Below, in pieces: positions 1 through 8,680 of a DNA stretch of 64,000 nt; positions within the stretch are counted from its first letter, which is position 1; each line of letters starts with the position of its first letter. The stretch comes from an uncultured delta proteobacterium. Its GTDB lineage: Bacteria > Desulfobacterota > Binatia > UBA9968. The position numbers and the translations under genes were made by a program. The notes below the pieces were generated by a model. It ran no database searches, was not told where the DNA came from, and worked only from the letters and a program-made list of their open reading frames with translations. The stretch spans positions 160,001 through 224,000 of the forward strand of contig CAWFJP010000004.1 in NCBI GenBank assembly GCA_963816145.1. The letters are read 5' to 3'.

Positions 1-1872
1 GGTCTCGGTCTTCGGGCCGGTGCCGACGCCTCGGGCGACAAAGAAGCCGGCGCTGAGCAAGGCGACGCGCACGGCGGTGGATGCCGAATAAGTGTAGAGT
101 TCGGCGGGCTTGGCCAAGCATCGGCGAAAGATTCGCGCAAAAATGTCACTGGTCCAAAGTGCCGCGTCGGTTTTGTACGAGAATGGATCATAAAAAATCA
201 GGTCGGGGAGCGCTGCCGCTTCGATGCAGTCGCGAAAGTCTCCTTTCAGAAGTTGCCATTGCAGCTGTTCCGAGAGGTGTCGCCAGCTGCCGTGGGAGAG
301 AATTTTGGACGGCGCGCTGTGGTGCAGGTGCGGGAAGCAGGCGGAATGTTTGGCGGCCAGGATGAGCGGATCGAGATCATGCTCGAAACTAATCAGCCGC
401 AGAGGTCGCAGCCTCGTGTCGTGGCTCTCGGCGAAGCATCGCTCGAAGCAGTAGAGCGCTGCCATGGCATTGGTGGCGGCGCCGAGGCCGACATCCCAGA
501 TCACCAACTCGACCGCGTTGTTGCCGGCTTCGATTAAGCGCGCGGCGAGGGCTGACTGCTCGATGTAAAGTTTGTTGGCTTCCTCGCTCGGTGCGCTCAC
601 CGAATGCATGATTTCACCGGAGCTGATTTGGCGAATGCTGTAGAACCCCTGCACCGAGCGGTGCAGTTCGTAATCGCCCAGGCGGGACGGCTGGGTTGTT
701 TTGTTTTTCTTGGGCGGACGAGTCGGATTTTCTTCATCGGCGCGTTTCAGTTCACCGCGCATTTGTTGGTAATAGGAGGCGAAGTCGCCGTCCAGGATTT
801 GCATGCGCATTTCCCGCATCAGGCGATGGTAAAACGCCAGGTTGTGTATGCCTAAGAGGTGCCAGCCGAGCACCTCATCCGATTTGATCAAATGGTGCAT
901 GTAGGCGCGCGAGTACTCTCGGCAGCATCGGCAATCGCAGCGAGCGTCTACCGGCTCTTCGACAAATTTATGCACGGTGCGGTGCAACTGTAGTCTGCCG
1001 TGGGAAGTAAAGGCGATGCCGCGTTGCGCCAGTTGCGTCGGGATTATGCAATCGAACATATCGACGCCGCGATGCACCGATTCGAGCAGATCGATGGGCG
1101 TGCCGACGCCCATCAGATAACGCGGCAGGTTGGCGGGCAGGTGCTCGGTGACCCATTCGGTGAGGTCGTAACGCTCGGCGTGGGTTTCACCGACTGCTAA
1201 GCCGCCGATGGCCAAGCCGTTGAAGGGCAGTAGGCGTAAAAACTCTGCGCTGGCTTTGCGCAAATCGTGCTGACAACCACCCTGGACGATACCGAACAGC
1301 GCCGCCGGCGCATCGCCATGAGCGCTGAGCGCGCGCACGGCCCAACGGTGCGTAAGTTCCATGGCCGCCTGGGCTTGGGCGTGAGCGGCGGTGGCAGGGA
1401 TGCATTGATCGAGCACCATCATGATATCGCTGCCGATGGTTTGCTGCATGGCGATGCTCGACTCGGGGGATAGGAGAAATGTTTTACCGTCGATGTAGCT
1501 TTTGAAGCTTGCTCCGGCTTCATTCATTTCTCTTGAATGGCGCAGCGAGAATATTTGAAATCCGCCTGAGTCGGTGAGAATCGGGCCCTCCCAGTTCATG
1601 AAACGATGAATGCCGCCAAATTTTTTGAAGACCTCGGCGCCCGGGCGCAGCAGCAAGTGATAGGTATTGGCGAGGAGCAGCCGCGCGCCGGTTTCTTTGA
1701 GGCTTTCCACCGTTTGCGCTTTGACCGTCGCTTGAGTGCCCACCGGCATGAAGATCGGCGTTTGGACCGCACCATGGAGTGTCTGAAAAGTTGCAGCGCG
1801 TGCTCGTGATCCGGGCGACTCGGCATCCAAGGTGAACGGCAATCGGTTATTACCGCGCGGTGAAATTGCCAT
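1..1872 (-). CDS. tgt: tRNA-guanine transglycosylase fused to C-terminal MnmD/MnmC-like SAM-dependent methyltransferase (3' end outside window)
   Basis: Manual translation from ATG at 1872 stays open to the window edge (624 codons), so it is absent from the ORF track. TGT motifs: TPIFMPVGT, LANTYHL, ILTDSGGFQ, GIVQGG, IGGLAVGE, PRYLMGVG, DMFDC, CDCRCC..H Zn site. After a linker (ENPTRPPKKNK) come MnmD-like motifs: EIMHS, WDVGLGAATN, LISFE, IFYDPFS..WT, LYTYSAS..VR.ALLSAGF.V..G.G.GPK. Confidence 0.9.
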   Translation of the reverse strand, partial: MAISPRGNNRLPFTLDAESPGSRARAATFQTLHGAVQTPIFMPVGTQATVKAQTVESLKETGARLLLANTYHLLLRPGAEVFKKFGGIHRFMNWEGPILTDSGGFQIFSLRHSREMNEAGASFKSYIDGKTFLLSPESSIAMQQTIGSDIMMVLDQCIPATAAHAQAQAAMELTHRWAVRALSAHGDAPAALFGIVQGGCQHDLRKASAEFLRLLPFNGLAIGGLAVGETHAERYDLTEWVTEHLPANLPRYLMGVGTPIDLLESVHRGVDMFDCIIPTQLAQRGIAFTSHGRLQLHRTVHKFVEEPVDARCDCRCCREYSRAYMHHLIKSDEVLGWHLLGIHNLAFYHRLMREMRMQILDGDFASYYQQMRGELKRADEENPTRPPKKNKTTQPSRLGDYELHRSVQGFYSIRQISSGEIMHSVSAPSEEANKLYIEQSALAARLIEAGNNAVELVIWDVGLGAATNAMAALYCFERCFAESHDTRLRPLRLISFEHDLDPLILAAKHSACFPHLHHSAPSKILSHGSWRHLSEQLQWQLLKGDFRDCIEAAALPDLIFYDPFSYKTDAALWTSDIFARIFRRCLAKPAELYTYSASTAVRVALLSAGFFVARGVGTGPKTET

Positions 1873-1885
1873 GACTCGGATTATC

Positions 1886-1991
1886 TCTCGCAAAGGCGCT
1901 AAGGCGTCAAGTTCGAAAAGGATGGATAATAAATATTTTGACTGGTTTTAATCTTCTTCTCCGGACTTAGCGTCCTTGCGCCTTTGCAAGA
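1886..1991. repeat. ~105-bp imperfect palindromic intergenic element (MITE/REP-like)
   Basis: Left arm tctcgcaaaggcgctaaggcgtcaagttcgaaaag pairs with the reverse complement of the right arm (tcttgcaaaggcgcaaggacgctaagtccggagaag) around an AT-rich loop. Confidence 0.6.
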
Positions 1992-2120
1992 AAAAATCCG
2001 AATCCGATTTATGTTCGAATTCCATCGTATCACCGGTTGGCGCATTAGCGCGAGGGCGACCTTGTGTCAACCGTACCGCCTAGGGTATAAATTTTATTCA
2101 AATCTAGGAGAAGTTTTGCA

Positions 2121-3371
2121 ATGGCAAACGCGGAAATCGTTGCGATCGGTTCTGAATTACTGCTCGGTCAAATCGTCGATACCAACTCGGCGTGGATGGC
2201 GCAGCGGCTCACGGCGCTGGGCGTGAACCTCTATTTCAAATCGGTGGTGGGCGACAATCCGGCACGGATGAAAGAGGTCATCGGGCGCGCCGTGGAACGC
2301 GCTGATATCGTTATCACCAGCGGCGGCATCGGTCCGACCCAGGACGATCTGACCCGCGAGATCGTCGCCGAGGTGACCGGACGTAAATTGATCCAGGACG
2401 CCGGCATGCTCGAACAGGTCGAAGAACACTTTCGCAGGCGCGGCCGGCCCATGACGCCCAATAACTTGCGCCAGTCGTATCTGCCCGAGGGAGCGATCCC
2501 GGTGAAAAATCCCAACGGCACGGCGCCGTCATTTGTCGTTGAAGATCCACGGGCGGTGGTTTTCTCTCTACCGGGCGTGCCAGTGGAGATGAAGTGGCTT
2601 TTCGAAAACGAAGTCGAACCTTATCTCCGAAAGAAGTTCAATCTCGCCGAGGTGATTCACTACCGCGTGCTCAAGATCGTCGGCATCGGCGAAAGCGCGG
2701 TGGACGACAAGGTCGGCCATCTGATTGCCAATTCGAGCAATCCGACGGTCGGGGTGCTCGCCTTGCCCGGACAAGTCGACGTGCGCATCGCCGCCAAGGC
2801 GGGCGATCGCGCTGAAGCGATGAAGATGATTGCGCCGGTGGAAGCCGAGGTGCGCCAATTGCTCGGCAACGCGATCTTCGCCGCCGACGAAGAAACCATG
2901 GAGTTTGTCACCGGCAAATTGTTGCGCGACAAAAATCAAACCGTGGCGGCCTGCGAAGACCTGACCTGCGGCCAGTTGGCGGAGCGCTTGCAGACCGCCG
3001 GCAGTGAAAACTTCGGCGCCGGCTTTATCTGCAATAATGAAAACGCGCTGCGCTCACTGCTGAAAAACGCCCGCAGCGGCATCGATCTGGATGCCACTCT
3101 GAAAGATCCAAGCGCGCTTACCGACGAGATGGCCTGGGCGGCGCGCCAGCAGTCGGGCTGCGATTTCGGTTTGGCGCTTCACGCCATCGCCGATCCTGAC
3201 AGCAAGATTCAAAACCTCGCGCGCGGCCAAACCTACGTTTCGCTCACCGACGGCAAGAGATTTCTGCGCCGTGAAAGCACTAGCGCCGGCCGCGGCGCCT
3301 ACGACCGCTCGCGTATGACACTCAATGCCATTGATTTACTCCGGACCGCGCTGTTGGAAGGGATGAGCTGA
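2121..3371 (+). CDS. cinA: CinA-family protein (MoCF/COG1058 domain plus degenerate PncC-like domain)
   Basis: N-terminal AEIVAIGSELLLGQIVDTN, VGDN, GGIGPTQDDLT, NPNGTAP, LPGVP.EM; RBS aggag upstream. Confidence 0.9.
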   Translation: MANAEIVAIGSELLLGQIVDTNSAWMAQRLTALGVNLYFKSVVGDNPARMKEVIGRAVERADIVITSGGIGPTQDDLTREIVAEVTGRKLIQDAGMLEQVEEHFRRRGRPMTPNNLRQSYLPEGAIPVKNPNGTAPSFVVEDPRAVVFSLPGVPVEMKWLFENEVEPYLRKKFNLAEVIHYRVLKIVGIGESAVDDKVGHLIANSSNPTVGVLALPGQVDVRIAAKAGDRAEAMKMIAPVEAEVRQLLGNAIFAADEETMEFVTGKLLRDKNQTVAACEDLTCGQLAERLQTAGSENFGAGFICNNENALRSLLKNARSGIDLDATLKDPSALTDEMAWAARQQSGCDFGLALHAIADPDSKIQNLARGQTYVSLTDGKRFLRRESTSAGRGAYDRSRMTLNAIDLLRTALLEGMS

Positions 3372-3391
3372 AAGTTGCTTTGAGTTTCGGG

Positions 3392-5197
3392 TTACGAGTG
3401 TCGAGTCATGACTTTGGGCAAGAGTCTCTGCAGTTGGCCGAGCGGTTCTTCCAAGCTGCGAATCGCTTCGGTCCAGAAATCCGCTTCCTCGATATTTCGA
3501 CCGACGGTTTGGCGCACGACATTCTCCGCGCTCTCGCCGCCGGCGCGGCGGAGAAATTCTTCATACTTCGGGAGAAATGCATTGCCTTCGGCTTTGAACA
3601 TGGCGTAGAGGCCGCGGCTGAGCAGATAGCCGAAGGTGTAGGGAAAATTATAAAAGGTAATGCCGGTGATGTAGAAGTGCAGCTTGGAAGCCCAGAAGTA
3701 GGGATCTTCCCCGCCGGGCTCGAGTACCTCGCCGATGATCCGACGCTGGGTTGCCACCATCAATTCTTTCAAACGCGACACGCTGAGCGGACCATTGGCC
3801 CGCTCTTCGTAAAAGGACTTCTCGAATTCATAGCGTACCGGGATGTCCAACAAGTAGACCGCCCCATGGCCGACTTCGATGTCGAGGATGCGCGCTTTTT
3901 CACTGTCGCCGGCCGTATGATCGTCGAGAATGCCATTCATCAAGACATTTTCGCCAAAAGTCGACGCCGTTTCGGCCAGTGTCATTGGATATCCACGTGC
4001 GTAAGGGCGGACATCGCGCATCATGGCGCCGTGGTAGGCGTGACCGGATTCGTGCGCCAGCGTGAGCATATCGCCGAGGGATTCGTTGAAGGTCATGAAG
4101 ATGCGCGATTCCTTGCTCAGCATAGAGCTGGTGCAAAAGCCGCCGGGCCGTTTGCCCATGCGCGGCTCCCAATCGACCCATTTTTTGCCGATGATTTGGT
4201 CGTTGAAGAATTTCCCAAGCGCGGGATAGGCGCGAGAGAACGATGCCGCGACCGTCGATTGGGCTTTGTCCCAGGAAAGCTTGTTCGTATCCGGCAAGTC
4301 GAGGGGCGCGCCGAGATCGAACCAGGCGACGCTTTGGCGCGCCATGGATTGGGCTTTCAATCGAAGGATGCGCCGGGGTATCTCCAGGTTCGCCAGCAAA
4401 GCTTCAAACATGGCGTCGAGTGTCTTTCGGTTGATAGCGGCCTGGAACAGAGCGATGTCGAGAAAGTGATCGACGCCGCGGTGGCGGTTGAGCGTCAGCC
4501 GAGTGCCCGCGATGGCGTTCAAGGCAGCCGCGGCGGTGTCTTCAACGGTTTGCCAGGCGGCGTTGCCGCTGTCAAAGGCGGCTTGGCGCACATGCCGGTC
4601 GGGATGATCCATCAAAGAGCGGCGCTGCGACATGGGTAGGCGCGCGTGCCGGCCCTCGGGATAGACCATGTCGAATTCAAGTTTCGCCGAGATGGTGTCG
4701 TACAGCCTGCCCCAGCCTTGGATGCCGTCAACACCCAAGTCGGTGGCGAGGATTTCTTTTTCCGAGGTCATGGCGCGGCGCGCCTCTTCGCGCAAACGTG
4801 TCAGATAGTTCTGCGCCCCTGCTAATGTTGGTCGATTACAAAATTCCGCGAATATTTCGTCATCGCTAACTTTGAAGGCGCGCAACAGCTCGATGCGCAC
4901 TTTGGCGAGCTCGGCGCGAGTGCGGGTAAGTTCGGCCTCTTCTTTCTGAAAACTCTCGTTGCGCGCGTCCGAGGCCGCCAGGCAGCCGATGTATGAGCCG
5001 ATGTGCGACATGCGGCGTAAAAGATCTTCGTTTCGTAGCAGGATGCTTTCCCACGCTGCTACCGATTCGGAATTTAGAGACGGTAAATTGGCGGCGTTTG
5101 TTTGCAGCGCAGCGACATCGGCGCGAATGGCTTCTTTGAATTGAAGCATATCGGTGCCGTTAAATTGAAGAAAATAACTCGTCAGATCCCAGGTCAT
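3392..5197 (-). CDS. pepF: M3B oligoendopeptidase F
   Basis: MTWDL start, GKRPGGFC, TLAHESGHAYH zinc motif, AETASTF.E, FYNFPYTFGYL. Confidence 0.88.
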   Translation of the reverse strand: MTWDLTSYFLQFNGTDMLQFKEAIRADVAALQTNAANLPSLNSESVAAWESILLRNEDLLRRMSHIGSYIGCLAASDARNESFQKEEAELTRTRAELAKVRIELLRAFKVSDDEIFAEFCNRPTLAGAQNYLTRLREEARRAMTSEKEILATDLGVDGIQGWGRLYDTISAKLEFDMVYPEGRHARLPMSQRRSLMDHPDRHVRQAAFDSGNAAWQTVEDTAAAALNAIAGTRLTLNRHRGVDHFLDIALFQAAINRKTLDAMFEALLANLEIPRRILRLKAQSMARQSVAWFDLGAPLDLPDTNKLSWDKAQSTVAASFSRAYPALGKFFNDQIIGKKWVDWEPRMGKRPGGFCTSSMLSKESRIFMTFNESLGDMLTLAHESGHAYHGAMMRDVRPYARGYPMTLAETASTFGENVLMNGILDDHTAGDSEKARILDIEVGHGAVYLLDIPVRYEFEKSFYEERANGPLSVSRLKELMVATQRRIIGEVLEPGGEDPYFWASKLHFYITGITFYNFPYTFGYLLSRGLYAMFKAEGNAFLPKYEEFLRRAGGESAENVVRQTVGRNIEEADFWTEAIRSLEEPLGQLQRLLPKVMTRHS

Positions 5198-5272
5198 CGC
5201 GCCTCCGCGCAGTTTTGGGTTCCGAGTTGATGCGAAACCCGAAACCGATAACTCGAAACTTTAGTACACCGG

Positions 5273-6250
5273 TTAAATATCTACATTCGTGCCGACGTTC
5301 TGTTCGAGGGCCTTGCGATAGACCAGTTGCGCTGTCGCGACATCTTGAATGGCGATGCCGACGGATTTGTAGAGGGTGATCTCGCCGGGGCTGCTTCGGC
5401 CGGTTTTGCCGCCGGCGAGGACTTCGCCGATCTCGCCGTAGATGTCGGCTTCGCTGATCGACTTTTCATTGAGCGCGAGCAAGATATCACCGCACTCAGC
5501 CATGATCGCTTCGCGCGAGTCGACGACGACTTTGGCGCGTTTGAGTGTTGCGCCGTCGATCTCGCGCAGATCGGGACGGTGCGAGCCGACGGCGTTGATA
5601 TGGGCGCCGGGCTTGAGCCACTCCGGTTTGACGATCGGTTCTTTGGCGGTGGTCACCGTCACCAGCAGATCGCTGTCAGACACCGCGTCTTGCGGCGAAT
5701 TCACAACTTCGATGGGCACGCCGCACGGCTTTTCCAGTTCTTGTTTGATACGCAGCGCGCTTTTGCCGGATGGACTGTAGAGCTTGATGCGGCTGAGCTG
5801 GCGCACGCGCGTAAGCGCGAGAATATGGGCGCGCGCTTGCACGCCGGCGCCGAGAATTCCCAACACCGGCGCGTCGGGATTGGCCATTGTCCTGGTCGCC
5901 AGCGCCGAGGCGCAGGCGGTTCTGATCGCCGTGATATAACCGCCGTCCATGGCGGCGATTATCTTGCCGGTCTCGGCGCTGAATAACATGACCGTGGCGA
6001 GGATCGCCGGCAAATTCTGTTTGGGATTGTCTTGAAAATAAGTAACGACTTTCATGCCGAGGGCTTTGTCCTCGCTCAAATATCCCGGCATGCTGGTGAT
6101 CCGCCCTTGGATCTGCGGCAGTGGCACGACCAAGCGCACCGGCATCACCGCCTTGCCGGTGGAGTATTGGATATGCGCCTGTTCGAGGGCGGCGATCAGT
6201 TCGTCGAGGTCGATGAGACTCTGTACCTGCGACTCGGATAAGACCAGCAT
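5273..6250 (-). CDS. Ornithine cyclodeaminase/mu-crystallin family (possible AlaDH/ketimine reductase)
   Basis: MPGY..KVVT, ITAIRTA, GILGAGVQA, HINAVGS, LYKSVGIAIQD. Confidence 0.88.
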   Translation of the reverse strand: MLVLSESQVQSLIDLDELIAALEQAHIQYSTGKAVMPVRLVVPLPQIQGRITSMPGYLSEDKALGMKVVTYFQDNPKQNLPAILATVMLFSAETGKIIAAMDGGYITAIRTACASALATRTMANPDAPVLGILGAGVQARAHILALTRVRQLSRIKLYSPSGKSALRIKQELEKPCGVPIEVVNSPQDAVSDSDLLVTVTTAKEPIVKPEWLKPGAHINAVGSHRPDLREIDGATLKRAKVVVDSREAIMAECGDILLALNEKSISEADIYGEIGEVLAGGKTGRSSPGEITLYKSVGIAIQDVATAQLVYRKALEQNVGTNVDI

Positions 6251-6359
6251 GATTCAGTTTGATAGCATAAAGTGCGCCGCGATGGGTAGGGTAGTTGACG
6301 TGTTGCGCATGACTAACTTCGAGGGCCTCGAAGCGCCTAACACCGAGAAATAACTCGGC

Positions 6360-6578
6360 CTATTTGATGTCTTTATTAGCTTCTTCGAGCGCAGCCTTTT
6401 GTTTGTCCTCGCTTTGCTTGAGCGAGTCCTTGGCGCTGTCTATCTGGTTGAACGGTTGGGTGACGACTTCTTTTACCGCCTCGCGGCCTTTCTCGACGGT
6501 AGGTTTTTTCGCGTCGCAGCCGCCGATAAGGCAGAGTGTCAGCACCGCTAGCGCTATCTTACGAGTTTTAAGTTTCAT
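6360..6578 (-). CDS. Small putative lipoprotein
   Basis: Basic N-terminus, hydrophobic stretch and LIGGC lipobox-like site; overlaps the tsaC stop codon (coupled). Confidence 0.6.
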   Translation of the reverse strand: MKLKTRKIALAVLTLCLIGGCDAKKPTVEKGREAVKEVVTQPFNQIDSAKDSLKQSEDKQKAALEEANKDIK

Positions 6579-7201
6579 CTTTCGATCACTCCTTTGCCGA
6601 CTGCATCTTCCAGCGCTTCTCGGCTGATCTCGCCGGCGCGAATGATTCTCAGCTTGTCTTTTTCAATTGCGGCGACGGTGGAGCCGGTTGGTGACTGTAG
6701 CTCGCCGCCATCGATATAGATAGAGATCTTTTCAGCGAAATACTTTTTCGCTTCACCGACCGTATGCGCGCCGGGTTGGCCGGACGGATTGGCACTGGTT
6801 GCCGTCAGCGGATGTTCCAGTAACCGAACCATTTCCGTGGCAATCGGCTGGCTCGACAAGCGCACACCGATGCCGCCGCAGCGATTGACCAACGGGCGCG
6901 GAATGTCGGCGCGCGCTGGCAGCACCAGGGTTAGTGGGCCGGGCCAGAAGCGCTTTATCAATAATTCCGCGAGCGGGGATATTGCTGCGACCAGGGAGTC
7001 GAGCATCGCCCGGTCGGCGACTAAGACGGGAAACGGATTGTCGGGATCGCGGCCCTTGAGTTGAAAGACTTTTTCAACGGCGGTGAAATTCAACGCATCG
7101 GCACCTAGGCCGTAGAGAGTCTCGGTGGGGAAGACGATCACCTCGCCGCGTTTGAGGGCGGTGAGAGCTGCTGTTAAATCTGCTACTTCGTTGGTTTGCA
7201 C
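6575..7201 (-). CDS. tsaC: L-threonylcarbamoyladenylate synthase (TsaC/YrdC)
   Basis: FPTETLYGLG, KGRDP.NP, FWPGPLTLVL, TATSANPSG. Confidence 0.92.
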   Translation of the reverse strand: MQTNEVADLTAALTALKRGEVIVFPTETLYGLGADALNFTAVEKVFQLKGRDPDNPFPVLVADRAMLDSLVAAISPLAELLIKRFWPGPLTLVLPARADIPRPLVNRCGGIGVRLSSQPIATEMVRLLEHPLTATSANPSGQPGAHTVGEAKKYFAEKISIYIDGGELQSPTGSTVAAIEKDKLRIIRAGEISREALEDAVGKGVIER

Positions 7202-7233
7202 TTTTCGTCTGGGTAGCGTGACCGCTTTGGAAC

Positions 7234-7260
7234 CTGGATTCCCGCTGGCGCGGGAATGAC
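7234..7260. repeat. dRS3-like/REP palindrome (GTCATTCCCGC..GCGGGAATCCAG on minus strand)
   Basis: ctggattcccgctggcgcgggaatgac contains ATTCCC-N8-GGGAAT. Confidence 0.65.
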
Positions 7261-7307
7261 GGTCGTTGGAAAAATTAGCCCTCTGCTATTTAGCGCGGCC
7301 TGATAGG

Positions 7308-8589
7308 TCAATCGCGGTCGGTCGTCAACGCCCGTCGCGCGATATCTTTGCGATAGCGCATTCCCGACCAGGAGATTTCGCCGACGGCCCGATAGACTTC
7401 TTTGACCGCCTCGGCCACTGATTTGCCGCGGGCGGTGACGCCCAAGACCCGGCCGCCGGTGGTGAGCCAGCGGTTGTTATCTTTCGCAGTGCCGGCGTGA
7501 AATACGAAGCCCTGTTGCCAACCCACGAGTTTTTCCAGTCCGTGAATTTCTTTGCCCTTGTCGTAGACGCCGGGATAACCGTTGGCGGTGAGGACGACAC
7601 AGACGGCGGGGTCTTCATGCCACTCGGCCTTTACCTGATCGAGTTTGCCGTCGATGGTTGCTTCGAGCAGCGGCAACAAATCGCTTTTGAGCCGCATCAT
7701 GATCGGCTGGCATTCGGGATCGCCGAAGCGGGCGTTGAATTCGATGACCTTCGGCCCACCCTTGGTAATCATCAAGCCGGCATAAATCAGGCCGCGATAG
7801 CGGATGCTTTGCCGCTTCAGACCGTTGAGCAGCGGCAGCAGTATTTCGCGAAGAATCCGGGCATGGACCTCGGCGGTGACGATCGGGGCGGGCGAGTAGG
7901 CGCCCATGCCGCCGGTGTTGGGCCCTTGGTCGTTGTCGAAGGCCCGCTTGTGATCCTGCGACGTAGCCAGCGGCAGCAAATGTTCGCTGTCGGTCAGCGC
8001 CATGAACGAAGCCTCTTCGCCGGCGAGAAATTCTTCGATGACGACTTTGTTGCCGGCGGCGCCGAAACTTTTGCGCACGAGAATTTCATCGATGGCGGTT
8101 TCCGCTTCGGTCAGAGTGGCGCAGATCGACACGCCCTTTGCCGGCGGCGAGGCCGTCGGCTTTGACGACGTAGGGCGATTTTTGTCGCGCCAAATATTGC
8201 TTGGCCGCTGCCGCGTCGGTGAATGTCGCAAAGGCGGCGGTTGGAATTCTGTTGGCGTGAAGGATTTCCTTAGTGAAGGCTTTGCTGCCTTCGAGTTGGG
8301 CGGCGGCTTTGTTTGGCCCGAAAATTCTCAGACCGCGCGATTCAAAAAGATCGACAATGCCGAGTGTCAGCGGCAACTCCGGGCCAACGACGGTGAGGTC
8401 GATCCGTTCTCTTTCTGCGAACTCGGCGAGACGATCCAGATGCTCTGGGTTGATCGCTACGCATTCGGCTAACTCGCCGATGGCGGCACTGCCCGGTGCG
8501 CAGAATATTTTCGTCACGCGCGGGCTTTGGCTGAGCTTCCAGACCAGCGCGTGTTCGCGGCCGCCGCTGCCGATGACGAGGAGTTTCAT
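7308..8589 (-). CDS. purD: Phosphoribosylamine-glycine ligase, split by one frameshift near 8135
   Basis: MKLLVIGSGGREHAL ... KADGLAAGKG in ORF 8086-8589 continues as ..GPNTGGMGAYSP, EFNARFGDPE, GGRVL in ORF 7308-8231. Confidence 0.9.
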
Positions 8590-8597
8590 GGGTCGAC

Positions 8598-8675
8598 GTA
8601 GTCAGAAGTCAGAATTCAGAGAAAATTGTAGTCAGAATTGGCTCGAGTCGACATACTGGCTTCTGAATTCTGGAA
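8598..8675. repeat. Heptamer-repeat (AGTCAGA/TTCTGAA-type) hairpin element between purH and purD
   Basis: agtcagaagtcagaattcaga ... agtcagaatt ... tggcttctgaattctgg: tandem 7-mers on one arm, complementary 7-mers on the other. Confidence 0.5.
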
Positions 8676-8680
8676 CCTTC

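Noticed and set aside
81-1826. Short ORFs listed by the track in the first 1.9 kb
   Set aside because: All are shadows of the minus-strand tgt-methyltransferase frame that runs off the window.
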